DNA of 64,000 bases. Source: Eledone cirrhosa. Its lineage: Eukaryota. Below, piece by piece: positions 24,748-36,324 of this stretch (positions are counted from its first letter, which is position 1; every line of letters starts with the position of its first letter). The notes under the pieces were generated by a model. That model did no database searches, was not told the origin of the DNA, and worked only from the letters and a program-made list of their open reading frames with translations. The stretch is from assembly GCA_964016885.1 (NCBI GenBank), contig OZ024755.1, positions 5,518,001-5,582,000 of the forward strand. Direction: 5' to 3'. Position numbers and translations under genes: made by a program.

Positions 24748-24870
24748 ATGGTGGTTGCCAACTCGTTTTCGAGTACGGCCAGTACTTTATATCCATGTAG
24801 GAGAACTCCTACCGATGCGCTGAACGAGTGTGACTTTTTAGTCCAGCCAGCGACTTGAAAACTCTGGTAT
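24748..24870 (-). mobile_element. RTE-derived element 3' end, copy 3
   Basis: TRVFKSLAGLKSHTRSAHR* plus 3' UTR, embedded in (ATAC)n. Confidence 0.75.
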
Positions 24871-24989
24871 ATACATACATACATACATACATACATACAT
24901 ACATACATACATACATACATACATACATACATACATACATACATACATACATACTATATACAGGAGATTCTAAAAAAAGTAAAAAATCT

Positions 24990-25181
24990 CTCCCCTGTAC
25001 AAGACGCCAGTCCATTGTAGGGTTAAATCCCCACAAATTGTTAATAGTCATTTTAAGCTGAGTATACGTGAAATGAATTGTTTTGCTCAAGAAAACAACA
25101 CATAACCCAGTCCAGGAATCGAACCAACTATATTATGATCGTAAGTCCAACACCTCTTACCACTAGGCCACACACCTCCAC
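24990..25181 (-). mobile_element. Diverged CORE-type SINE (group 2)
   Basis: Head GGAGGTGTGTGGCCTAGTGG...GGTTCGATTCC, core TTCTTGAGCAAAACA. Confidence 0.65.
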
Positions 25182-25429
25182 TCTACACTACACTACACTA
25201 CAAATAACCCCGGCCCCCACGCCGAATGTAATATTTACAAACATCCTATACATAAGAAACTTTAACATTTTTGTCTCAGTACCGAAAGAGTAAACTTTAC
25301 CAATGATGGATGAATGAAATACGATAGTGTTTGGTGTTCTCGCGTAGTTACTAAGATAGCTGTGACATAATTACTACATTAAATACTCATAGCAAGACTT
25401 ATGTATGTTTATTATAAATATACATACAT

Positions 25430-25950
25430 AATATTGGGTATTAGGATTGGCTGGACCGGCAATCGCTCTGTATAATCACCTCCTGGTTATTACTGGAATT
25501 CTATAAGAATCCAGCTTCTATAATTTTCGGCGAAAGCAGGAGAGTACGTGGCTCTGATGAACGCCAACCAGACTGTCAGCTTCTCTCCCTTTTTTCGCCG
25601 CCGAAAAGAAATGACATAGTCACTACTTTAAAACTGACAGCGTATGGTCTTCTAAATGTTTTTAATTAAACATACGGTATATTGCCAAATATACTATACA
25701 TATATACATGAATGTATGTATAGTATATTTGGCAATATACCGTATGTTTAATTAAAAACATTTAGAAGATCAGAGTACGTGGCTCTGATGAACGCCAACC
25801 AGCGTGAAACAGACTGTCAGCTTCTCTCCCTTCTTTCGCCGAAAAGAAGTAATTGACATAGTCACTACTTTAAAACTGACAGCGTATGGCATTTCAAATG
25901 TTTTTAATTAAACATACAGTATATTGCTAAATATACTATACATACATAAT
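25430..25950 (+). mobile_element. Family F element: direct + inverted + direct pseudo-LTR-like arrangement with two hammerheads
   Basis: ~160-170-bp direct repeats starting at 25541 and 25772, separated by an inverted copy (~25716-25769) of the 3' part of the first repeat. Confidence 0.7.
25781..25822 (+). ncRNA. Minimal type I hammerhead ribozyme, complete core
   Basis: GGCT-CTGATGA-ACGC-CAACCA-GCGT-GAAAC-AGACT-GTC-AGCT. Canonical core, 4-bp stems I and II, quasi-palindromic ACAGACTGT stem III, GUC cleavage predicted after 25818. Confidence 0.8.
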
Positions 25951-26159
25951 ATTACATATATGTTTCCAATATACACTTCTATACTAATGTAATTGTAAAA
26001 TGAATTGATTTTATATTAACTCCGATAATTAATGTATTAAAGATGTTTGCATTGACCAGCAATCTGATACCACGTGTAAACAAATTGACCGAACACCAGA
26101 CATATCAATACTGAATCAATTTAGTTTCGTCATCCAAAAAATTATAATAAATACGTTAA

Positions 26160-26995
26160 GGTTACGAATGTGTCTGGAATGATCAGTCAACTGTACGTTA
26201 GCTTCACGAGGAGGCTGTCCCATTGATTGAACAGCAGGTTACGTATGTGTCTGGAATGATCAGTCAACTGTACGTTAGCTTCACGAGGAGGCTGTCCCAT
26301 TGATTGAACAGCAGGTTACGAATGTGTCTGGAATGATCAGTCAACTGTACGTTAGTTTCACGAGGAGGCTGTCCCATTGATTGAACAGCAGGTTACGAAT
26401 GTGTCTGGAATGATCAGTCAACTGTACGTTAGCTTCACGAGGAGGCTGTCCCATTGATTGAACAGCAGGTTACGAATGTGTCTGGAATGCTCAGTCAACT
26501 GTACGTTAGTTTCACGAGGAGGCTGTCCCATTGATTGAACAGCAGGTTACGAATGTGTCTGGAATGCTCAGTCAACTGTACGTTAGCTTCACGAGGAGGC
26601 TGTCCCATTGATTGAACAGCAGGTTACGAATGTGTCTGGAATGCTCAGTCAACTGTACGTTAGCTTCACGAGGAGGCTGTCCCATTGATTGAACAGCAGG
26701 TTACGTATGTGTCTGGAATGCTCAGTCAACTGTACGTTAGTTTCACGAGGAGGCTGTCCCATTGATTGAACAGCAGGTTACGAATGTGTCTGGAATGATC
26801 AGTCAACTGTACGTTAGCTTCACGAGGAGGCTGTCCCATTGATTGAACAGCAGGTTACGTATGTGTCTGGAATGCTCAGTCAACTGTACGTTAGCTTCAC
26901 GAGGAGGCTGTCCCATTGATTGAACAGCAGGTTACGTATATGTCTGGAATGATCAGTCACTTGTATCTTAGATTCACGAGGAGGCTGTTCTGTTG
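26160..26995 (+). repeat. 77-bp tandem satellite (~11 copies) derived from SINE group 2 body
   Basis: Unit GGTTACGAATGTGTCTGGAATGATCAGTCAACTGTACGTTAGCTTCACGAGGAGGCTGTCCCATTGATTGAACAGCA aligns by eye to the 3' body of the SINEs at 8717 and 23143. Confidence 0.9.
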
Positions 26996-27199
26996 TTTGA
27001 ACAACTGGAACAGTCATTGTCGAAACCAACAGTCGTCTGTTCATTCAATGAAATCAGGCAGGAACATCAATAGTGAACTAAATAAGAACTAACCACTAAC
27101 AGTACATGTAGCCAAGACCCACAAAACTGTGCTCAGAAGTGCAATGGACGTATGCAATAAATATAAAACCACTGAATAATAATAATAATAATGATGATG

Positions 27200-27358
27200 G
27201 TTTCTTATATAGGCACAAGGCCAGCAATTTTACGACCCCGTAAGGATGAAAGGCAAAGTTAAGCTCGGCGGGATTTGAACTCAGACCGTAAAGGACCGTA
27301 ACTCTATGCTGCAAAGCATGGCGTCCGACCCTCTACCGATACTGCCAATCCACCGCCC
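27200..27358 (-). mobile_element. SINE group 1 with intact head
   Basis: GGGCGGTGGATTGGCAGTATCGG (A-box)...GAGTTCAAATCCC (B-box). Confidence 0.85.
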
Positions 27359-27539
27359 TGCTCTTAAATAGAATAATAGAAAGTTTTTAGATGAAAGTAT
27401 ATAAACAGTTCAAATCAAGTTGGTATGGCAGAATGGAGGCGGTTTAGGGGGCAAGTTTGGTATCAAAAGTATCATAGTAACTCTATGTCGCAAAGCATAT
27501 TCTCCGACGCTCTACCGATTCTGCCAGTAGTAACAACAA

Positions 27540-28050
27540 TAATAAATCACCATTTCTGTAAGGATGATTTAAAACTACGCACAAATGTCATCACTTTCCT
27601 GGAAGAGAAAACTCTCCAAGAATTTAACAAAGATATGAAAATAAGTTTGAGATGAAACAAATGCACTCAAGTTGCTCCAAGACGAAGAAAATTAAATTAA
27701 AACTCGTAAAAATTAAGTTAAATTTCGGATCTCGCCATAGAGCTGTTAAGAAAGAACCACCCATAGAGGTAATTAGAACTAGGTGAAAAGTGATAAGCTA
27801 GAACAGACAAAATTGAAAGAGATAATTAGAAAATATTACCACAGAGGAGTTAGAGAAATAGAAACAAAAAAACAAAACAAAAAAAACAAAAATGAAAGAA
27901 CCATACTGAAAACTGAACTAAATGCCAGAATTATGATTATAGCTATAATAAATAGACGCGCCATGCCAATAATAAACTACAGCTCCAAGATAATAAATTG
28001 GAAGTTATGTGAACTGTAACAGAAACTGAAATAGAGAAAATAAAAAAATC
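27540..28050 (+). pseudogene. Degenerate R4/Dong-like reverse transcriptase fragment
   Basis: INHHFCKDDLKL resembles INHLLYMDDLKL. Downstream KYYHRGVREI..ILKTELNARIMIIAIINRRAMPIINYSSKIINWK matches the R4-type thumb region. Many stops and frameshifts. Confidence 0.6.
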
Positions 28051-28271
28051 CTTACTTCATTCCTAAACCATTATGTTTTGAGAAGTTGTGATGCTGTTAT
28101 TGATAGGTTGATATGATATATCTATTATATAGCTATCACACGTTAAAGAGTGAACAAGAGTCGAACATAAGCTGAAAACAAATAACTACAGACTTACATT
28201 GCTGTGTTAGAGTGTGTTTAGAAAAATTATCTTAGAAGCAAAGCAAAGCAAATGTAGATTGATTAGGGTAA

Positions 28272-28461
28272 TAATTGTTTCTACTTTTTGGCACAAGGCC
28301 AGCAATTATCGCAGTGTATTACTGGTACTTTATTTTATCGACCCCGTAAGGATGAAAGGCAAAGTTAACCTTGGCGGGATTTGAACACAGAATGGCAAGG
28401 GCCGTAACTCTATACGTCAAAGCATGGCGTCCGACTCTCTACCAATACTGTTAATCCACCG
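28272..28461 (-). mobile_element. SINE group 1, near full length
   Basis: Full body and head. TTAGGGTAATAA occurs on both sides (28264 and 28463), a likely target-site duplication. Confidence 0.9.
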
Positions 28462-28495
28462 TTTAGGGTAATAAAGCTTAACAAATACATTATTT

Positions 28496-28527
<32 letters not shown>

Positions 28528-28528
<1 letters not shown>

Positions 28529-28610
28529 AGACCCTCTTTCTGCTATATCAAGCGTTAACCTAATATATCCCTTCAATATACTGTACCGATTGTGTTATTT
28601 CTGTTTACGA
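28528..28610 (+). mobile_element. Family C copy starting at the predicted ribozyme cleavage site
   Basis: (TA)n-AAGACCCTCTTTCTGCTATATCAAGCGTTAACCTAATAT..., homologous to the sequence 3' of the GUU triplet in the 17388 ribozyme. Confidence 0.7.
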
Positions 28611-28764
28611 GATGTCCTACACGAGTGAAAGTATAAGGAAAAAAGATGAAATCGAAAATGCAACTGGAGTCTTTTTAAGAATATTTATTTGTATTTACCG
28701 GTTTCACAGTTCTTATGCTTTTCAAAAGTAGATTGAGATGGAAGGTTTGTGGTTTTTCTCGCAT

Positions 28765-28805
<41 letters not shown>

Positions 28806-28810
<5 letters not shown>

Positions 28811-29029
28811 CTTGACCGACCAGTCTGTCGGGTGCCAATCGTGCTGTTTTAGCCATAAGATAACGCCATCCCACTGGCTGGGCGGGCAGGCCGGTACTCA
28901 TTTCTGCAGCTGAGTAAACTGGAGCAACGTGAAATAAAGTGTCTTGCTCAAGGAAACAACACATCACCCGGTCCGAGAATTGAACTCACAACCTTTCGAT
29001 TGCAAGCCCAATGCTTTCACCACTAAGCC

Positions 29030-29030
<1 letters not shown>
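28806..29030 (-). mobile_element. CORE-type SINE (group 2) with alternative short tail
   Basis: Head/core as in the 63060 copy, but the tail CCGGCCTGCCCGCCCAGCCAGTGGGATGGCG...GGTCAAGGTGA differs. Confidence 0.8.
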
Positions 29031-29057
<27 letters not shown>

Positions 29058-29060
<3 letters not shown>

Positions 29061-29102
29061 CGTACAAATCCATATATTTGATTAGTTATCTATGTTTGCT
29101 TT

Positions 29103-29142
<40 letters not shown>

Positions 29143-29187
29143 AAAGCAAACATAGATAACTAATCAAATATATGGATTTGTACGAAC
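29058..29187. repeat. Perfect palindrome: 48-bp unique arms around (TA)n
   Basis: 29058-29105 is the exact reverse complement of 29140-29187. Confidence 0.95.
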
Positions 29188-29225
29188 TATATATGTATAT
29201 ATATATATATATATATATACATACA

Positions 29226-29307
29226 TACAGAGTGTCCCCCAAAATGTATACATTCTTTGATTAGAAAGCTGTTGAAGTAAGTATACATTTTTGGGGGACA
29301 GTCTGTA
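29226..29307. mobile_element. Tc1/mariner-type MITE
   Basis: TA-CAGAGTGTCCCCCAAAATGTATAC...GTATACATTTTTGGGGGACAGTCTG-TA. Confidence 0.8.
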
Positions 29308-29372
29308 TATACGCCTAGACGTAGACGTTATAAAGAAAACAACAAAAACTATGAAATAAAGTAATAAAACCT

Positions 29373-30320
29373 GGTGATGATGATGGTAGTGTTGATGGTG
29401 TTGATGGTGATGATGATGGTGATGATGATGGTGATGATGATGGTGATGATGATGGTGGTGGTGGTGGTGTTGATGGTGGTGGTGTTGATGATGGTGGTGG
29501 TGTTGGTGGTGTTGATGATGATGGTTGTGGTGGTGATGGTGGTGGTGTTGATGATAATGATGGTGATGATGGTAGTGGTGTTGATGATGGTTGTGGTGGT
29601 GTTGATGGTGGTGGTGTTGATGATAACGATGGTGATGATGGTGGTGGTGGTGGTGGTGGTGTTGATGATAATGATGGTGATGATGGTGGTGGTGTTGATG
29701 ATGGTTGTGGTGGTGATGGTGGTGGTGTTGATGATAATGATGGTGATGATGGTAGTGGTGTTGATGATGGTTGTGGTGGTGATGGTGGTGGTGTTGATGA
29801 TAATGATGGTGATGATGGTAGTGGTGTTGATGATGGTTGTGGTGGTGTTGATGGTGGTGGTGTTGATGATAACGATGGTGATGATGGTGGTGGTGTTGAT
29901 GATAATGATGGTGATGATGGTGGTGGTGTTGATGATGGTTGTGGTGGTGTTGATGGTGGTGGTGTTGATGATAATGATGGTGATGATGGTGGTGGTGGTG
30001 TTGATGATAATGATGGTGATGATGGTGGTGGTGTTGATGATGGTTGTGGTGGTGTTGATGGTGGTGGTGTTGATGATAACGATGGTGATGATGGTGGTGG
30101 TGGTGGTGGTGGTGGTGTTGATGATAATGATGGTGATGATGGTGGTGGTGTTGATGATGGTGGTGGTGGTGGTGGTGGTGGTGGTGGTGGTGGTGTTGAT
30201 GATGGTGGTGTTGATGATAATGATGGTGATGATGGTGGTGGTGTTGATGATGGTGGTGGTGGTGTTGATAATGATGGTGATGGTGGTGGTGATCATGATC
30301 ATGATATTGATGATGATAAG
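29373..30320. repeat. (GAT/GGT)n trinucleotide array
   Basis: Direct inspection. Confidence 0.95.
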
Positions 30321-30577
30321 GTCCATTATATACGAAGTAATCCACACGTGACCCAATCAATCCTATAATTTCCGGTTCGTCAGTCGTCCCAAAGACTGAC
30401 ATAACTCGCTGTGTTGCTATATCCATTTGATAATGTCCAGACGACTTCCATATTGGATGTGAAGATACTATGGTACTTTCGATACCAAACTTGTCCCCCA
30501 AACCGCCTCCATTCTACCATACCAACTTGAACTGTTTATATAATTTCATCTAAAAACTTTCTATTATTCTATTTAAG

Positions 30578-30925
30578 GGCGGTGGATTGGCAGTATCAGT
30601 AGAGGGTTGGACGCCATGCTTTCCAGCATAGAGTTACGGACCTTTACGGTCTGGGTTCAAATCCCGCCGAGGTTAGCTTGGCCTTTCATCCTTACGGGGT
30701 CGATAAAATAAAGTACCAGTCACGCACTGGGGTAGATTAAATCGACTTTCTCCTCTCCCAAAATTGCTGGCCTTGTGCCTATATAAGAAAGCAATATTAT
30801 CAGCATAGAGTTACGGCCCTTTACGGTCTGTGTTCAAATCCTGCCGATGTTAACTTTGCCTTTCATCCTTACGGGGTCGATAAAATAAAGTACCTCTCAC
30901 GCACTGGGGTCTATTTAATTGACTT
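30578..30925 (+). mobile_element. SINE group 1 followed by a partial tandem duplicate
   Basis: Full copy 30578-30797 and a second body 30801-30925. Confidence 0.85.
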
Positions 30926-30926
30926 A

Positions 30927-32052
30927 TATACCTGTAGGTTAGGTGAGTGTGATATCAACGTCCACCGTGACAATATACCTGTAGGTTAGGTGAGTGTGAT
31001 ATCAACGTCCACCGTGACAATATACCTGTAGGTTAGGTGAGTGTGATATCAACGTCCACCGTGACAATATACCTGTAGGTTAGGTGAGTGTGATATCAAC
31101 GTCCACCGTGACAATATACCTGTAGGTTAGGTGAGTGTGATATCAATGTCCACCGTGACAATATACCTGTAGGTTAGGTGCGTGTGATATCAACGTCCAC
31201 CGTGACAATATACCTGTAGGTTAGGTGAGTGTGATATCAACGTCCACCGTGACAATATACCTGTAGGTTAGGTGAGTGTGATATCAACGTCCACCGTGAC
31301 AATATACCTGTAGGTTAGGTGAGTGTGATATCAATGTCCACCGTGACAATATACCTGTAGGTTAGGTGAGTGTGATATCAACGTCCACCGTGACAATATA
31401 CCTGTAGGTTAGGTGAGTGTGATATCAACGTCCACCGTGACAATATACCTGTAGGTTAGATGAGTGTGATATCAACAGTCACATCAGTATATGTCTATGT
31501 ATTATGTTAGTGCGATATCAACGGCCACCGTGATAATATATCTGTAAGTTAGGTGAGTGTGATATCAACAGTCACCGTGTGAGTATATCTGTATATTAAG
31601 TATGTGATATCAATAGCTAGTCATAATATATCTGAATCTTATGTCATTATGATATCACCAGCTACTTACAGAATATATCTATATGTCAGGTGTGTTGTGA
31701 TATCAACGGCCATGTGAGAATATATCTATATGTCAGGTGTGTTGTGATAACAACGGCCACTGTAAGAATATATCTATATGTCAGGTGTGTTGTGATATCA
31801 ACGGCCACTGTCAGGATATATCTATATGTCAGGTAAGTGTAATATCAACGGCCACTGTCAGGATATATCTATATGTCAGGTGTGTTGTGATATCAACGGC
31901 CACTGTCAGGATATATCTATATGTCAGGTGTGTTGTGATATCAACGGCCACTGTGAGAATATATCTATATGTCAGGTGTGTTGTGATATCAACGGCCACT
32001 GTCAGGATATATCTACATTTCAGGTAAGTGTAATATCAACGGCCACTGTGAA
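30927..32052. repeat. 47/48-bp satellite with homogeneous and diverged zones
   Basis: About 11-12 near-identical TATACCTGTAGGTTAGGTGAGTGTGATATCAACGTCCACCGTGACAA units, then decayed units, then a 48-bp variant block. Confidence 0.9.
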
Positions 32053-32398
32053 ATAAATTAAGTTTGGGAAGCGTTAATTGTTCTAATTCATATATACCAA
32101 TAAATTCTATTAGCTTCCCTCTGTGAAGTCGCTGTGTTGGTTGGTAGAGGAAAAATGAAACCACTGAGTTTTAATCTAAAAGATCTGAGATTATCTTAAC
32201 TTTGTTTACTTAACGTCAATATATTAAGAAAAAAAGAAGAAAATAGACACAATTTATGTGTGTGTGTGTGTGTATGTGTGTGTTAGAATGAATGCGTTTG
32301 TATCTATATCTATATTTGTGTATATGTTTTTGAATGTGTGCATACATATATATAGTAATAATAATAAAGCGATTCTTTGCTTAAACTTTAATCTGTTA

Positions 32399-32481
<83 letters not shown>

Positions 32482-32540
32482 GTACAGGTGTGTATGTCTG
32501 TGTGTGTAACTGCAAGTGTTTATGTGAATATATGTATGTA

Positions 32541-32674
<134 letters not shown>

Positions 32675-32879
32675 TGTGTGTGTGTGTGTGTATGAATGTC
32701 TAGCTTGGGAAACAATTAAGTGCTCCATTGTGCTTTAAATATTTCAACTATGATATTCTGGTTGTTCAATAGGAATGGTGTGACTGTGACGTCAGTCGCT
32801 GTGTGATTTCAATTAGAAACTCCCAGGAAATCACTCAATTTGGAATTGAAATTACTTTCACTAGAATTTCTTTCTATCT

Positions 32880-33150
32880 AACCAAATGGTAAAGGTGTTG
32901 ACCATAATGCCGTCAGTTCAATTCTTGAACTTGTGTGGTGCCTTTTGTTCCTGAGCAAAGCACTTCATTTTATGTTGTTGCTAGAGTACACACAGCTGAA
33001 ATGAGTACCATCGGTAGCTGAGAGTTAACCCTGCGATGGACTGGCGTCCTGTCTATGGAAGAGTTCTGTACTCACATTGTTTAACGCCATGGAAACCGGG
33101 ACCCGCACCAACCCGAGCAGATTCCCGGCTTGAGACAGACTTACTTGTTT
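32880..33150 (+). mobile_element. Diverged CORE-type SINE (group 2), tail AACCCTGCGATGGACTGGCGTCC
   Basis: Core TTCCTGAGCAAAGCACTTC. The same tail type occurs at 24990 and 62740. Confidence 0.6.
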
Positions 33151-33185
33151 AACATAAACACTTGTACTCGTTCCATATATACTCC

Positions 33186-33216
<31 letters not shown>

Positions 33217-33387
33217 CTAAGTAAGTAAGTAAGTATGTATGTATGTGTGTATAGAGAGAGAGAGAGAGAGAGAGAGAGGTTGTGGTGCTGAGACTGGGGA
33301 GACCTCTAACCATGGGAGTACTCAATGTGTGAGGAGATACAGAGTCGGTATAGAGGTATGTAAAATCCCATTCCTACTCCACCCCAC

Positions 33388-34182
33388 AACCACGTCTGCT
33401 CCACCACATAGCAATGACGACTCCAGCCCGCAGCAATACCTACTCCACTACACAGCCACGTCTGCTCCACCACACAGCCACGTCTGTTCCACCACACAGC
33501 CACGTCTGCTCCACCACACAGCCACGTCTGTTCCACCACACAGCCACGTCTGTTCCACCACACAGCCACGTCTGCTCCACCACACAGCCACGTCTGTTCC
33601 ACCACACAGCCACGTCTGTTCCACCACACAGCCACGTCTGTTCCACCACACAGCCACGTCTGCTCCACCACACAGCCACGTCTGCTCCACCACACAGCCA
33701 CGTCTGTTCCATCACACAGCCACGTCTGTTCCATCACACAGCCACGTCTGTTCCACCACACAGCCACGTCTGTTCCACCACACAGCCACGTCTGTTCCAC
33801 CACACAGCCACGTCTGCTCCACCACACAGCCACGTCTGCTCCACCACACAGCCACGTCTGCTCCACCACACAGCCACGTCTGCTCCACCACACAGCCACG
33901 TCTGCTCCACCACACAGCCACGTCTGCTCCGCCACACAGCCACGTCTGCTCCACCACACAGCCACGTCTGTTCCACCACACAGCCACGTCTGCTCCACCA
34001 CACAGCCACGTCTGTTCCATCACACAGCCACGTCTGTTCCACCACACAGCCACGTCTGTTCCATCACACAGCCACGTCTGTTCCACCACACAGCCACGTC
34101 TGTTCCACCACACAGCAATACCTACTCCAGCCCACAGCCACGTCTGCTCCACCACACAGCAATACCTACTCCAGCCCACAAC
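33388..34182. repeat. 22-bp minisatellite CACACAGCCACGTCTG(T/C)TCCAC, ~30 copies
   Basis: Direct inspection. Confidence 0.95.
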
Positions 34183-34949
34183 CATATCTATCCTATACAA
34201 AGATTGTTGTATCCCCCCCCCCTATATTCCCCATCTAATCCTCCAATGGCGACTTTCATGTGATACAGTCCAGGAGTATATTCCAACAGTTACCCCCGCC
34301 CCTAATCCAGTGTACAGCAATGATTTGAATTAACAATAAGACAGAAAATAACCTTTAGAACACAGAGGGGTAAGAGGCTAATCAATAAACTTTATCACAC
34401 ACACTGTAAGAGGGTAATCAATAGGAATTATTAGCGAGGGATCATTAGATATTGCAAATTCGCACGTGCTCAGTGTTCAAGCTGGAAGATAACTATCTTA
34501 CTCACCACCACCACCACCACTATCACTATCACCAACATCACCACCTCACATCTAGCACCACCACCACAGCACTAGCACCCCCGCCGCCACCATCACCACC
34601 AGTATCCAGATTGCCACGACGACCACCACCACAACCAAGGCTCCCGTCGCCGCCGCCCCTTATACCACCTCTACCGCCGCCATCACCATCATGTCCTCAA
34701 CCACAATCAGTAAAACACCAATAGAATCTTTCTTTTACTGTTACCTTTTTCCGATTATCCCCCCCCCATCATCATCATCATCATCCACACTAGCAGAGAG
34801 AGATAGAGAGAGAAGAGAGGGAGGAGAGAGAGAGGGGGGTACAGAGAGCCTGTAGAGAGGCAGATAGAAAGACAGACACAGAGAGACGTAGTTACATATG
34901 AGAAAGAGAGAAAGAGAAAAGCATAGATAAATGATGCGATAGTATAGGA

Positions 34950-35810
34950 ATGGTGAAGGTATGTGATCTAGTGGTTAGGTTGTTGGATTTACAACCATAC
35001 GGTCGTGGGTTCGATTTCTGAACTGAATGACACGGAATGTTCTTGAGCAAAATACTAAATATTTCACCTTGCTCCTTCTGCCAAGATTTGTAACTGACAG
35101 ATTTTACGGGCAAAAGCAATAGGCAGGAGACCCAGGGGTGTTAACCCGCTGAATGGACTGTGGCTATAGTTCAATGGTCAAGCCCTGCCACATATTGTGT
35201 TACGTTGATTGTGCTTGAGAATTAAGTTAAATATAGATATATCTTAGGAATACTCAACCACTTAGCTTAAACCCTGTCACATATCTTGCTGATTGTGAGA
35301 GAGAATTAAGTTAGAAATAGATACGTCTTTGGAATACTCAACCACATAGGTCAAGCCCTGTAACATATACTGATTGTGGCTGAGAATTAACTTAAAGATA
35401 GATATGTCTTAGGAATACTCAACCACTTAGGTCAAGCCCTGTCAGATATCATAGGTCAAGCCCTGTCACATAGGTCAAGCCTTGACGTATATTGCTGATT
35501 GTGAGAGAATTAAGTTAGAGAGATATGTCTTAGGAATACTCAACCACACAGATCAAGCCCTATCACATATCTTGCTGATTGTAACAGAGATTTAAGTTAA
35601 GGGTAGATGTCTTTTGAATATTCAACCACTTAGACCAAGTCCTGTCACATATCATAGGTCAAGCGGTGTCACATATCATGGTCAAGCGCTGTCACATATC
35701 ATAGGTCAAGCCTTGTCACATATCTTGCTGATTGTGACAGAGAATTAAGTTAGGGGTAGACATGTCTTTTAGAATATTCTACCAGGTACACGTTAATTCA
35801 TGAGGTGAAT
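34950..35810 (+). mobile_element. Diverged group 2 SINE with internal RTE fragment and tandemised body
   Basis: Head/core 34950-35080; RTE piece GACAGATTTTACGGGCAAAAGCAATAGGCAGGAGACCCAGGGG at 35096-35139; repeated GGTCAAGCCCTGTCACATAT...GGAATACTCAACCAC blocks. Confidence 0.65.
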
Positions 35811-36279
35811 GACTGCCCGTTCATATTCTACACAAACGGAGATCAATTACAGTATCAGAACTATTGTAGGTAGTAGAGCGACAATATGAGTCAGAACAGT
35901 TCGATAACGAATAAGATTTCAGAAGTGGATATAGCCAAAAGGGCAAAAGGTAGCGGAACAAACGAGATATATTTAGTGGAAAACCTTGAGGGTATTGACC
36001 TAACGTGCATTTTATTGAACATTAGAAATCATTTTCACATGACTGGACAAAAACGGAGAAATAGGATTTATGAGTTTTGGCCAATATATTCATACACACG
36101 TAAATACACACACAAACACATTATATGTGTGTGTGACACAAATATAAATAGATAAAATATACATATATGGGTAGATATATCTATATACACGACGTATTTA
36201 TATATAAAAATATCTATCTACCTATCTCTCATATATATATATTGATATATAAATGAAAGATATAGAAAGTATTGTAGCA

Positions 36280-36324
<45 letters not shown>

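Noticed and set aside
30355-30390. CTGACGA...GAAA on the minus strand as a hammerhead
   Set aside because: No stem I or stem III pairing and no cleavage triplet in register.
29164-30501. 445-aa His-rich ORF
   Set aside because: It is a translation of a (GAT/GGT)n array that is open in several frames on both strands, and it runs through a MITE and a TA tract.
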